Shown piece after piece: positions 1 to 9,154 of a DNA stretch of 25,584 bases. The notes under the pieces were generated by a model. It ran no database searches and was not told the DNA's origin. It worked only from the letters and a program-made list of their open reading frames with translations. The first letter of the stretch is position 1. Every line of letters starts with the position of its first letter. This DNA comes from Promethearchaeota archaeon (GTDB taxonomy: Archaea; Asgardarchaeota; Lokiarchaeia; Sigyniarchaeales; SOKP01). A program made the translations under genes and the position numbers. The DNA is taken from positions 1-25,584 of the forward strand of contig JBHLME010000060.1 in NCBI GenBank assembly GCA_048938445.1, given 5' to 3'.

Positions 1-461
1 TCGATTGATTCATTTTTCCAATGGGCAATACTCTTGATTGGAGGGAGCCCATTCAACTCCAGCTGCAAGCTAAAGTCAGTCCAGCCCACTGTAGGACCCA
101 AAAAAAGGGTGTAATAATCGAAAAACAGATTTAACAGGCACCCACCACCCAAACCGGGAGTAGCCAATTCAGCTATCTGATGAGCATTATATATTACCTG
201 GGTTAAGAAGGAGGCATTGACAATTTCTTCGACATACGGAATACTAAAGTCAAGTACTTGTTTGAGTGTTTCTGAAACACCCGTTTCCTTTACCATTGGC
301 TCGATTAGTGGTATAGCTTGATCTTTGATTCCTAAAAGCCCTTGATCTATCGAGTTATATGTCATATCTGTAATTAGATTATTGACAACCATGCCACCAG
401 GTAAGGAGATTCCCCCGAGAATTAAGCACAGTACCGATGCGAACGCAACTTTTTTTGACAT
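1..461 (-). CDS. Partial membrane-anchored or secreted hypothetical protein (runs off the left edge; not in ORF track)
   Basis: Manual translation from ATG at 461 gives MSKKVAFASVLCLILGGISLPGGMVVNNLITDMTYNSIDQGLLGIKDQAIPLIEPMV..., open to the window edge. A basic N-terminus plus hydrophobic stretch indicates a signal peptide or anchor. Confidence 0.8.
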   Translation of the reverse strand, partial: MSKKVAFASVLCLILGGISLPGGMVVNNLITDMTYNSIDQGLLGIKDQAIPLIEPMVKETGVSETLKQVLDFSIPYVEEIVNASFLTQVIYNAHQIAELATPGLGGGCLLNLFFDYYTLFLGPTVGWTDFSLQLELNGLPPIKSIAHWKNESI

Positions 462-762
462 TTTTACATAAACCTTTTTTATATTATTTTTTTCATATAA
501 TATCCCTGTGAAATTCAATATTTTTACTTGTTGTTGAAAAATATTGTTTTTTAATTTTTATTTTCTAATGAATCACAGAATTATCATTATAATAGATCGT
601 TTATGTCTATTTTGTAAATTGATAATAAGGATATTATAATTCAATTATATATTTCGCGCTATTCATTAATAAAGGTTACAAAAAAAATTCGTATTTTACA
701 AATTATAAGAGTGATTTATTTAAGATCAATTTTTTTTTAAAACAATTATTTTATACATTAGA

Positions 763-1095
763 ATGCCAGATGAATTTGACTTTCATAAATATAAAACTAT
801 TGAAGAATATGGAAAAACTATAGAGGGGACCAAATATTTGCATGATCTCTACTTAAAAGCTGTCAATCATCCAGTTAGAAAAGAAATGTTAAAAATAATT
901 AATAATGAGATGAAAATTTCTAAAAAAGATTTGGTAAACAATCTTCTGGAAAAACAAATCATTAACGATGAGTCAGCTTTTAATTATAATATAGAGTACT
1001 TGATAAAAGCATTATGTGTTAATAAAATCGAGGAAAATAATGAGATTTATTATAAAATAACTCAAATGGGACAAATCATTGATTATTTAAAATAA
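763..1095 (+). CDS. Winged helix-turn-helix protein, ArsR-like
   Basis: LKAVNHPVRKEMLKII matches the ArsR-type 'kaL.hP.R..IL' start. FNYNIEYL recognition-helix region and C-terminal YYKITQMG wing. Confidence 0.7.
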   Translation: MPDEFDFHKYKTIEEYGKTIEGTKYLHDLYLKAVNHPVRKEMLKIINNEMKISKKDLVNNLLEKQIINDESAFNYNIEYLIKALCVNKIEENNEIYYKITQMGQIIDYLK

Positions 1096-1109
1096 CATAT
1101 AAGGATTTT

Positions 1110-1568
1110 TTAATCTTCATTAAAAAATTGTTTAAAGCAATTACAGCAAGGTATTCCAAATTGAACATTATACTTTCTTAATTTTTTATTTTTAGTTTGC
1201 ATCATTCTTGCTAAATTTTCAATTAATTGCTCATCTTCATTAAAATATAATTTTTTTAAATTAATCACGTGATTTTTCTGTTTACAAATAGGACAAGAGG
1301 AATAATATTGGATAAATTGTTTGAGAACTAGTTTTTCTTCTTCATTCATTTCTTTAATTTTAAGTTCGGGGTTATTTCCAATGATCCCTTTTAGGTTATC
1401 TAATTCATTTAGCATTAATTCCTGTAATAATATACTAGCTTCACCAAGAGACTGAGATTCATCAATTTCTATTTCATTTAAACCATTAGATTTATCAAAA
1501 TACTCAAGTGCTTCATTGAAAACAATTAATTTTTTCTTGTTATCACTTTGGGAGCTCTTGTTTTCCAT
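1110..1568 (-). CDS. Hypothetical protein with putative zinc site
   Basis: 152 aa with CPIC and GIPCCNC motifs in the C-terminal half. Confidence 0.65.
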   Translation of the reverse strand: MENKSSQSDNKKKLIVFNEALEYFDKSNGLNEIEIDESQSLGEASILLQELMLNELDNLKGIIGNNPELKIKEMNEEEKLVLKQFIQYYSSCPICKQKNHVINLKKLYFNEDEQLIENLARMMQTKNKKLRKYNVQFGIPCCNCFKQFFNED

Positions 1569-1655
1569 AGTTTTTCATTCTTTTTTATTTCAATAAAAAT
1601 ATTCCTCATTGTTATCACGGAAGGGATTCTATAAAAAGTTTATAATCACGTAATA

Positions 1656-2180
1656 TTATGATTTCAATTCATTAGATAATTTTTCAATCATTTGTTCAAG
1701 TTTTTTTGCCAAATTTACATGAGCATTACCACATTTTTCAAGAATAATATTTGCGTGTTCTAAATAAATTCGTTTTTTTTCTATTTTCCAATTTATCTGA
1801 ATAATATCCATTAAATTGTCAATACGATCAGCCATCTTTATTATTTTTGCCTCATCAGATTTGGTTTCAAACGAGTTTAACCATATTTCTTTATCTTTTT
1901 TTTTTGGTTTTGAAAGTTCGCTTACAATTAACATTATTTTTTCATTAAAGTATTGCTTTATTTCTCCTAATGTAGTGGAAGTATCTTCAATTAAATCATG
2001 TAGTAATGCTGCTATTAATAAATCTTCATTATCTTGTTCAGAGAATCCAAACGATCTCAAAATTGCAGCTACTCTTATTGGATGGATGATATAAGGTATG
2101 TTGCTAGAAATTCTTTTCTGATCTCCATGTCGAACAGAGATGAAAGTAAGAGCTTCCCAATATTTAGAAATATCGGTCAT
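1656..2180 (-). CDS. Stand-alone HD-domain hydrolase, Mesh1/SpoT-hydrolase-like
   Basis: Motifs HGDQKR, PYIIHP.RVA, AALLHDLIEDT and IKMADRIDNL are typical of the RSH hydrolase domain. No synthetase domain (174 aa). Confidence 0.85.
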   Translation of the reverse strand: MTDISKYWEALTFISVRHGDQKRISSNIPYIIHPIRVAAILRSFGFSEQDNEDLLIAALLHDLIEDTSTTLGEIKQYFNEKIMLIVSELSKPKKKDKEIWLNSFETKSDEAKIIKMADRIDNLMDIIQINWKIEKKRIYLEHANIILEKCGNAHVNLAKKLEQMIEKLSNELKS

Positions 2181-2186
2181 AGTGGT

Positions 2187-4541
2187 TTAAGTTTTACTTT
2201 TTGATTTTTTGAATTCATCAGGTTTAATTGGACCAAGTTTTACTAGTGATTGTGCAAAGTTGTTAATAACGTCCGCAAATTTTTTTCCTTCACCAGCACT
2301 TATACTTTCAATTTTTATCCGACTTTCATTTATACCTGCATCACCTAATAATACTTTAATACTTTCATATCTATTTTTAGCTTTCAAAAATCCTGTATCG
2401 TAATGACAATCTTGTTCATGACATCCAGCTATTAAAACTCCATCAGCACCATTGAAGAAAGCTTCAAAAACTAGTGCGGGATCAAGCATTGCTGTACACA
2501 TTACTCGTATCGCCCGAATATTAGTAGGATACTCTATTTTACTCGTTCCTGCCAAGTCCGCACCCATGTACGCACACCAATTACATAAAAAAGCAACAAT
2601 TAAAGGATATTCTTTTTTTTCAGATAACAAGGTTCTTAATTTTGATTCAATCTGAGACTTTTTAAAACCTGGAATAAAAAGTGCATCACTATGACACATT
2701 GCCGCACATGCTCCACAACCCGTGCAATTAGCTTGAATTAGATTCAATTTTTTATTTTCTATCTTAATTGCATTATAAACACAAATTTTTTCACATAAGC
2801 GACATAAATCACATTTATCCTCATTAAAATATGCAATTTGAGGATTTAATTCGACCTTCCCTCGAGACATTAGTGAAATTGCTTTAGCAGCAGCACTCTC
2901 TCCTTGCGCTATACTTGAAGGAATATCCTTGGGACTTTGAATAACGCCTGCAAGAAAAATCCCATTTACCGATGTTTCAGAAGGTCTAACTTTTAAATGT
3001 CTTTCAAGTATGAATCCGTAGGTATCTTGGGAAATATTAAGCATTTGACATAACTCATCGGTTCCATCAGGTGGTTCAATACCTACTGCTAATATTACTA
3101 AATCTGTTTTATTTTCGAAGAGGTGGTTATCAATTACATTTTCTCCTCGAACTATTAATTCATCAGAGTTATCGCTCTTAAGTATTGCTGAAATATTACT
3201 CTTTATAAATCTAATTCCTGCTTCCTCTCTTCCTCTATTATAAAACTCTTCGCAGTTTTTACCTACAGCCCTAATATCATTGTAATATATTATTATATCA
3301 GTGTCGGGATGTTCATTCTTTAATAAAATTGCTTGTTTTATCGAACCATTACAACATACTTGACTACAATACTCATGATTTATTTTTTTATTCCGAGATC
3401 CCACGCATAATACGAATGACACCTTTTTTGGAGGCATACCATTGGATGGACGTAGTACTTTTCCTTGAGTTGGTCCATCATTATTTAATAATCGTTCCAT
3501 CTGTAAGGTAGTGATCACATCAGCATAAATTTGATAGTTTAATTCACTTAAAATTGAGGGATCAAATGTTTTAAAACCTGTTGCTACTATAATTGTACCT
3601 ACCTTTAATGTAATTTCTTCTGGTTCTTGTTCAAACACAATTGCTTCTCTATCACAAGCTTGAGCACAAGCTTTGCATCCTATGCAATATTCTTCCATTA
3701 TATTAGGATAAAGGGGTATTGCTTGCGGATAAGGTATATCTATTGCTTTTCTTGGAAAAAAGGTGTCATTCACTTCTATTTCACATACATCTCTACATAT
3801 ATCATAACATCCAACGCATTTTTCTTCATCAATAAACCTTGGTTTTTTTATGATTGACACTTCAAATTTACCAACATATCCTTTAACATTTTTTATCTCA
3901 GAATAAGTCAACAACTCTATGTTGGGGTGTTCTTTACATTCCACCATTAATGGTCCTAAAATACATATACTACAATCTAATGTTGGAAATGTTTTATCAA
4001 ATAATGCCATGTGTCCTCCAATTGTTAGATCTCTTTCTATAAGATAAACTTTATAACCCGCATCAGCAATTGCCAAAGCTGCTTTTATTCCAGTAATTCC
4101 ACCTCCTATGATTAAAGTTGAGGGATCTATTTTTGAATACTGAATCTCTAAAGGTTCCATTAACTTTACTTCTTCAATGGCCATCTCAATTTGGTCTATT
4201 GCTTTTTTCGTTGCTTTTTTTGGATCACCTTTATGAACCCAAGAATTTTGTTCACGGATATTTGCAAACGAGATGAGAAATCTATTTATTCCTGCTTCTT
4301 CAATAGTTTTTTGGAATAAAGTTCCGTGTAAATTTAAAGAACATGCCGCAATTACGACCCTTTCAATTTTTTTTTCTTTAATCTCATCGGTTATTAAGTT
4401 CAATCCTGACTCGGAACATAAATATTGGTTTCCAAGTGATACAATGTCGGGACGATTTTCAAAGTGCTCTCTGACTTCTGGAACATTTATTACACCACTT
4501 ATATTTTTTCCACAATCGCAAATAAAAAGACCAATTTTCAT
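2187..4541 (-). CDS. hdrA: Heterodisulfide reductase subunit A fused to a C-terminal MvhD ([2Fe-2S]) domain
   Basis: IGLFICDCG, NIREQNSWVH, FAD motif IIGGGITG, DKTFPTLDCSICIL, CVGSR..CSQVCC and two ferredoxin modules. C-terminal AFLCNWCAYMGADLAG..RVMC..GCHEQDCHY is MvhD. Start taken as the ATG at 4541, which has GGTGGT upstream (ORF track begins at 4556). Confidence 0.95.
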   Translation of the reverse strand: MKIGLFICDCGKNISGVINVPEVREHFENRPDIVSLGNQYLCSESGLNLITDEIKEKKIERVVIAACSLNLHGTLFQKTIEEAGINRFLISFANIREQNSWVHKGDPKKATKKAIDQIEMAIEEVKLMEPLEIQYSKIDPSTLIIGGGITGIKAALAIADAGYKVYLIERDLTIGGHMALFDKTFPTLDCSICILGPLMVECKEHPNIELLTYSEIKNVKGYVGKFEVSIIKKPRFIDEEKCVGCYDICRDVCEIEVNDTFFPRKAIDIPYPQAIPLYPNIMEEYCIGCKACAQACDREAIVFEQEPEEITLKVGTIIVATGFKTFDPSILSELNYQIYADVITTLQMERLLNNDGPTQGKVLRPSNGMPPKKVSFVLCVGSRNKKINHEYCSQVCCNGSIKQAILLKNEHPDTDIIIYYNDIRAVGKNCEEFYNRGREEAGIRFIKSNISAILKSDNSDELIVRGENVIDNHLFENKTDLVILAVGIEPPDGTDELCQMLNISQDTYGFILERHLKVRPSETSVNGIFLAGVIQSPKDIPSSIAQGESAAAKAISLMSRGKVELNPQIAYFNEDKCDLCRLCEKICVYNAIKIENKKLNLIQANCTGCGACAAMCHSDALFIPGFKKSQIESKLRTLLSEKKEYPLIVAFLCNWCAYMGADLAGTSKIEYPTNIRAIRVMCTAMLDPALVFEAFFNGADGVLIAGCHEQDCHYDTGFLKAKNRYESIKVLLGDAGINESRIKIESISAGEGKKFADVINNFAQSLVKLGPIKPDEFKKSKSKT

Positions 4542-4606
4542 AAAAATTACCACCAAAAATATAAAAACTTATAATTTGAATATAATTTGATACAATTTAA
4601 GAATAG

Positions 4607-5215
4607 CTAATCGTTTAAATTTTCAAGCATTTCTTTTGGTATGAACGGATAAACTTTAGAGATATCAAAGTCATTTTCTTTCATTTTTAAGAAATATCTC
4701 TTTTCAATTTCATATTCTTCTTCCACCCACTTACGAATTTCCTCAGCGGAGAAGAATTTCCCTTTTAAAAGACGAAGTCCTTCACATTTTTTTGCATAAT
4801 CATCAAAATTATTTTTATTTTTTTTCAAAACAAGCAACTGCCACCAAGGAAAGCATGTACATTGAAATGGACGGTATTTATGAACACTACATTTATTATC
4901 TTTTAAAAAATGGCAGTGCTCATCATCTCCTGTAAATTTAAAGCCTAACGTCTTGTATTTATAAGTTCGGCCTCTTGAAGCGCCAGGTTCTTTCCAAAAA
5001 AAAGATTCATTTATTATTTTTACATATCTACGAATAAAAGTTTTTAGTCCAGAATCCCCGTTCAAATTCAGATGTTTTGCTAACCTTTTGATATCATCAA
5101 GGTATAAATACACTTCACCCTCATCAAAACCCCTACAGCAAGAACCACACATCTGACAAGAAAATTCTACTCCATTTTGAAGCTCTTTAAACAATTCGAT
5201 TTTTTTTATTGACAA
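4607..5215 (-). CDS. YkgJ-family cysteine-cluster (Zn/Fe-S) protein
   Basis: FSCQMCGSCC ... CHFLKDNKCSVHKYRPFQCTCFPW ... CEG. Confidence 0.85.
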   Translation of the reverse strand: MSIKKIELFKELQNGVEFSCQMCGSCCRGFDEGEVYLYLDDIKRLAKHLNLNGDSGLKTFIRRYVKIINESFFWKEPGASRGRTYKYKTLGFKFTGDDEHCHFLKDNKCSVHKYRPFQCTCFPWWQLLVLKKNKNNFDDYAKKCEGLRLLKGKFFSAEEIRKWVEEEYEIEKRYFLKMKENDFDISKVYPFIPKEMLENLND

Positions 5216-5294
5216 TATATTAACTATTACTATTATTATCTATTTTATAATAATTGTATTTATTACATTTAATTTATAATTGAATATTAAATGA

Positions 5295-7538
5295 TTGATT
5301 ACATTATATAAGGAGATTACATTTTTGGTCATCGATAATACAACAAATCATATTCCGAATAATTCAAAAACTAAATTAGAAAAGAAACTACATGAAATCG
5401 AAGAATTTTTATTTAAAAAAAAATTAAAAGATGAGATACAATATAATAGATGGCAAGAGGATTATAACCATATATATAATGAAAAATCGATTAATTTTCG
5501 ATTATATATTAACCATGCAATCCTTTACTATATTGGTTTGGGATTCTTATTTAAATTCTTATTTGATAAGAAAAATAAATCATTTCTTCAAGAATTTGAA
5601 ATAAATGAATTAAAAAATGTTGATCTTTCCTTAAATTACTTTTCTTCCATAACATGCTCATTAATAAAAGAAGATATTGATAATTTGACTGATTTGATAT
5701 ATTTGATAATAGATCAAGTAATTAATTTAGGTATTAAACCAGAATATTTATTTGATTACCTAGTTCAGAATATGTTTTCATCGATATTAAGACATGAATC
5801 AGGTGAATTCTACACACCACCATTTCTTGTAAAAAAAATGGTTAAAGAATCATATAAATTTGGATTTAAGGTTCTTGATCCCTGTTGTGGTTCTGGAAAT
5901 TTTCTAATAGAAATCATAAAATCCATATTGGCCTCAGATAAACCGAAACAAGAAAAAATTTACGCAATTAATAATATTCACGGATATGATATTAATCCTT
6001 TGTCAATATTTTTAACGAAAGTTAACTGCATTTATTTATTAAAAGATTTTCCCATAAAAAATAAAATAAATTTAAATGTATGTGATTTTTTATTTCCAAA
6101 AATTGATAACAACTCAGAGAAATTTGATTTAGTAATCGGTAATCCCCCTTGGTATACTTTTAGGGATATTAGCTCTATTATATATCAAGAAAAAATTAAA
6201 AAACTTTCAGAAGACCTTGAAATCAAACCGTTACCAAAAAACATATTAAATATTGAAATTTCCTCATTGTTTTTTTATCAATCAAAAGAGAAATATGTTA
6301 AAGAAGATGGTCATGTCTTCTTAGTAATGACAAAAGGAGTGATTACTGGTTCACATGCCTCTCGATTTCGTTGTTTTAATGGATTTAAAAATCTTAAAAT
6401 ATGGCTTTTTGATAAAAAAGTTGAAATAGTGTTTAATATAGATTTTATCTGTCTATATGCTCAGAAATCTAATAAAAATATAAAATATTTGGATAAGGAA
6501 ATACCTTGTATCTGTTATACAATAGAAAATAATAAAAGAAGCGTAGACTATTTTGATAAATTAGAATTAAAACAAAAAAGCGTAGATATATTAGTCCCTT
6601 ATTCCGTAGAAAAGAAGGGAAATAAATTCTATGTTAAGAAGTTAATTTTAAAGGAAATTAAGAAGAAATTACTTCCTACTCGTGCTAGCTATTATAAAAA
6701 TCTCTTCCATAAAGGAGCAGATTTAAATCCAAGAAGTCTTATTTTTGTTAAATGTGAAGAAGTAAATAGTGCTTTTTTTAAAATTAATCCAGATAAGAGA
6801 ATTTTTAAAAGAGCCAAAGAACCTTGGACAGAAATGGAATATAAGGATCAAATCGTTGAAAAACAATATATTTTTAATGTAATGAAAAGCACGGAGTTGA
6901 TTAAATTTTATGTTTATGATTGTTATCAAGTTTTTTTACCTTTAACAAAAAATGATTTAAGTTTCAATCTTGAGAATTTAGAAGAAAATGCTAAGGTTTT
7001 TTATGAAAAAATAAATAAAATTTATCTAAATAAAAAAAAAGGAACAACTAAACATGGATCATTAATGGAGAATCTAAATCGATGGAATAAATTGATAAAT
7101 GAACGACAATTATCAACAATTAAAGTTGTTTACAATAATTCAGGTTCAACATTGAATTCTGCAGTAATTCAAGGAGACTTTTTAATAACGGGTGATTTAA
7201 GTTTTTTTGCCACAGAAAATTTAGATGAAGCACATTATTTGGCAGCAATCTTGAATTCTCCTATCATGACTAATCAGATCAAGATTAAAAAAAGTTCAAG
7301 ACATATATTTAAAATACCCTTAGAAATTCCACTAAAAAAATTTGAACCTACTAATCAAAACCATAAAAGACTAGTTGAATTAGCAAAAAAATGTCAAAGG
7401 ATTGTAATATCGGTTGTTAATAATAAAAATAATTTTAAAGAAATAATCTCAAAAAATAAAATTCAAAATATCTTGAGAGAAAAACTAAAGATGGAAATGG
7501 ATGAAATTGATAATATTTTGAAATTAGAGTTCAATTAG
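5295..7538 (+). CDS. Amino-DNA methyltransferase (N-6 DNA methylase, gamma-class order) with C-terminal target recognition region
   Basis: GEFYTP (motif X), VLDPCCGSGNFL (motif I), GYDINP, VIGNPPW (motif IV), and C-terminal HYLAAILNS. Start codon uncertain. Confidence 0.88.
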   Translation: MITLYKEITFLVIDNTTNHIPNNSKTKLEKKLHEIEEFLFKKKLKDEIQYNRWQEDYNHIYNEKSINFRLYINHAILYYIGLGFLFKFLFDKKNKSFLQEFEINELKNVDLSLNYFSSITCSLIKEDIDNLTDLIYLIIDQVINLGIKPEYLFDYLVQNMFSSILRHESGEFYTPPFLVKKMVKESYKFGFKVLDPCCGSGNFLIEIIKSILASDKPKQEKIYAINNIHGYDINPLSIFLTKVNCIYLLKDFPIKNKINLNVCDFLFPKIDNNSEKFDLVIGNPPWYTFRDISSIIYQEKIKKLSEDLEIKPLPKNILNIEISSLFFYQSKEKYVKEDGHVFLVMTKGVITGSHASRFRCFNGFKNLKIWLFDKKVEIVFNIDFICLYAQKSNKNIKYLDKEIPCICYTIENNKRSVDYFDKLELKQKSVDILVPYSVEKKGNKFYVKKLILKEIKKKLLPTRASYYKNLFHKGADLNPRSLIFVKCEEVNSAFFKINPDKRIFKRAKEPWTEMEYKDQIVEKQYIFNVMKSTELIKFYVYDCYQVFLPLTKNDLSFNLENLEENAKVFYEKINKIYLNKKKGTTKHGSLMENLNRWNKLINERQLSTIKVVYNNSGSTLNSAVIQGDFLITGDLSFFATENLDEAHYLAAILNSPIMTNQIKIKKSSRHIFKIPLEIPLKKFEPTNQNHKRLVELAKKCQRIVISVVNNKNNFKEIISKNKIQNILREKLKMEMDEIDNILKLEFN

Positions 7539-7582
7539 TCGTAAATCTTTTTAAAAATTAGGTATTATATTAAATAATTAAC

Positions 7583-8143
7583 ATGAGCATAGATAAATCG
7601 CTAATAGTGTCTGATAGGAAAAAGTTTACATTTAAAATTATCATAGTTGGAGATCAAGGAGTAGGTAAAACCTCACTTTTAAAAAGATATGTTGAAAATA
7701 AATTTGATAATTCCATTCAACACAGTATTAGTGATAACTATTTTAAAAGTCAAATTGATTTTAATTCTGGTAAAATCGCACAGTTACAACTTTGGGATTT
7801 ATCAGCTAAAGCTCAGCATAGACATCTTCTCACTAATTTTGTATCAGGCGCAAGAGGTGCTTTAATCTTATTTGACATGACACGTCCTTTAAAAATTATT
7901 GATGTTTTAGAATGGGTTAACATGGTGCGTCAAGCAGACATGTCTCTACCAGTTATTCTTGTAGGAACTAAATGCGATTTAAAAGATAAAATAATTGTCA
8001 ATAATGAAGAAATAAGTCATATTATAAAAGTATTTAATTTTTGCGATTATATCGAGACCTCCTCCAAGGAAAATATAAACATATTCAAGGTATTTTATAA
8101 GCTTTCTAAAGAGATTATAAAAATTCAGAAATATAAGAGATAA
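7583..8143 (+). CDS. Rab/Ras-like small GTPase with degenerate switch motifs
   Basis: FKIIIVGDQGVGKTSLL (G1), LQLWDLSAK (G3 degenerate), VGTKCDL (G4), ETSSK (G5). No C-terminal prenylation cysteines. Confidence 0.88.
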   Translation: MSIDKSLIVSDRKKFTFKIIIVGDQGVGKTSLLKRYVENKFDNSIQHSISDNYFKSQIDFNSGKIAQLQLWDLSAKAQHRHLLTNFVSGARGALILFDMTRPLKIIDVLEWVNMVRQADMSLPVILVGTKCDLKDKIIVNNEEISHIIKVFNFCDYIETSSKENINIFKVFYKLSKEIIKIQKYKR

Positions 8144-8146
8144 ATT

Positions 8147-8950
8147 ATGAGCGATGAGTTAGTTATCCTTGGAAGTGGAGGAGGTCGTCATCACATTAGA
8201 ACGCAACATAGGGCGACAGGAGGAATACTATACAAATTCAATGGAATTCAAGCTCATATAGATCCAGGTCCCGGAGCTGTAGTGAGAATAAACCAATATG
8301 GAGAAGATCCAACTAAAACAGAAATTTTTTTTGTTACACATGTCCATATCGATCACTTTAATGATATTAGTGCTATGATCGAAGCATCTCGAAATAATTT
8401 TTATGACAAAGATCATAACTTCGTTCAAAAAGGAACGCTTATAACAACTGATGAAGTTTTAAAATATATCTCTGATTATCATAAAAATATGCTCGAAAAT
8501 GTTGTAAAGTTTAAAGCTGGAGATATTTATTATTATAAGAAAGTTAAAATAACTGGAACAAGAGTTGTCCATACCCCTAAGGTGGAGGGATTTGGAATCA
8601 GATTTGATTTAGATAATTATTCAATAGCATTTACTAGCGATACGATGATTTTTGATGGTTTTTCAGAGCAATTTTCAAATGTGAATATATTAATCCTTAA
8701 TCTTCTAAGACCAGATTCTGTAAATTGTAAGCGTCATGTATGTACTGATGAAGTTATTCCTTATTTGAATAAAATTAATCCTTCCTTGGATGGATTAATT
8801 ATAACTCATTTTGGAGCTTTTATGGATGGATTTAGATCATCAAATAATCATATTCCAAGCCAGGTGCAAAAATTAAAAGAAAAAACTAACATTAAAAAAA
8901 TAATTCCAGCAGAAGATGGACTGAAAATTAAAATAAATGAAATAATTTAA
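8147..8950 (+). CDS. Metallo-beta-lactamase fold hydrolase
   Basis: ILGSGGG, IDPGPG, THVHIDH (HxHxDH), VVH, FTSDT and ITHFG. Confidence 0.9.
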   Translation: MSDELVILGSGGGRHHIRTQHRATGGILYKFNGIQAHIDPGPGAVVRINQYGEDPTKTEIFFVTHVHIDHFNDISAMIEASRNNFYDKDHNFVQKGTLITTDEVLKYISDYHKNMLENVVKFKAGDIYYYKKVKITGTRVVHTPKVEGFGIRFDLDNYSIAFTSDTMIFDGFSEQFSNVNILILNLLRPDSVNCKRHVCTDEVIPYLNKINPSLDGLIITHFGAFMDGFRSSNNHIPSQVQKLKEKTNIKKIIPAEDGLKIKINEII

Positions 8951-9154
8951 TGCAAAATTCATTTTTTTTCTATGAAGATACTTTTTTGTGAATTTTATAT
9001 TTAATTTTTATTTAAATCATTATAGTATTATAAAAAAAGAGAAAAAATTGTCTCATTTTTATTCTATATACATTTAAATAGGAACTAGCATAAAAAAATA
9101 ATAGATAGAGAAAAAGTATTAAAACCTAACTATCAATCCAATAAGAATATAATA

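Noticed and set aside
2187-4556. Selenocysteine read-through in hdrA/mvhD
   Set aside because: The ORF is uninterrupted and the candidate positions are Cys codons.
1816-4590. Plus-strand ORFs 1816-2094, 2209-2403, 2452-2655, 3329-3511, 3627-3857 and 4273-4590
   Set aside because: Antisense shadows of the HD hydrolase and hdrA genes with no motifs.
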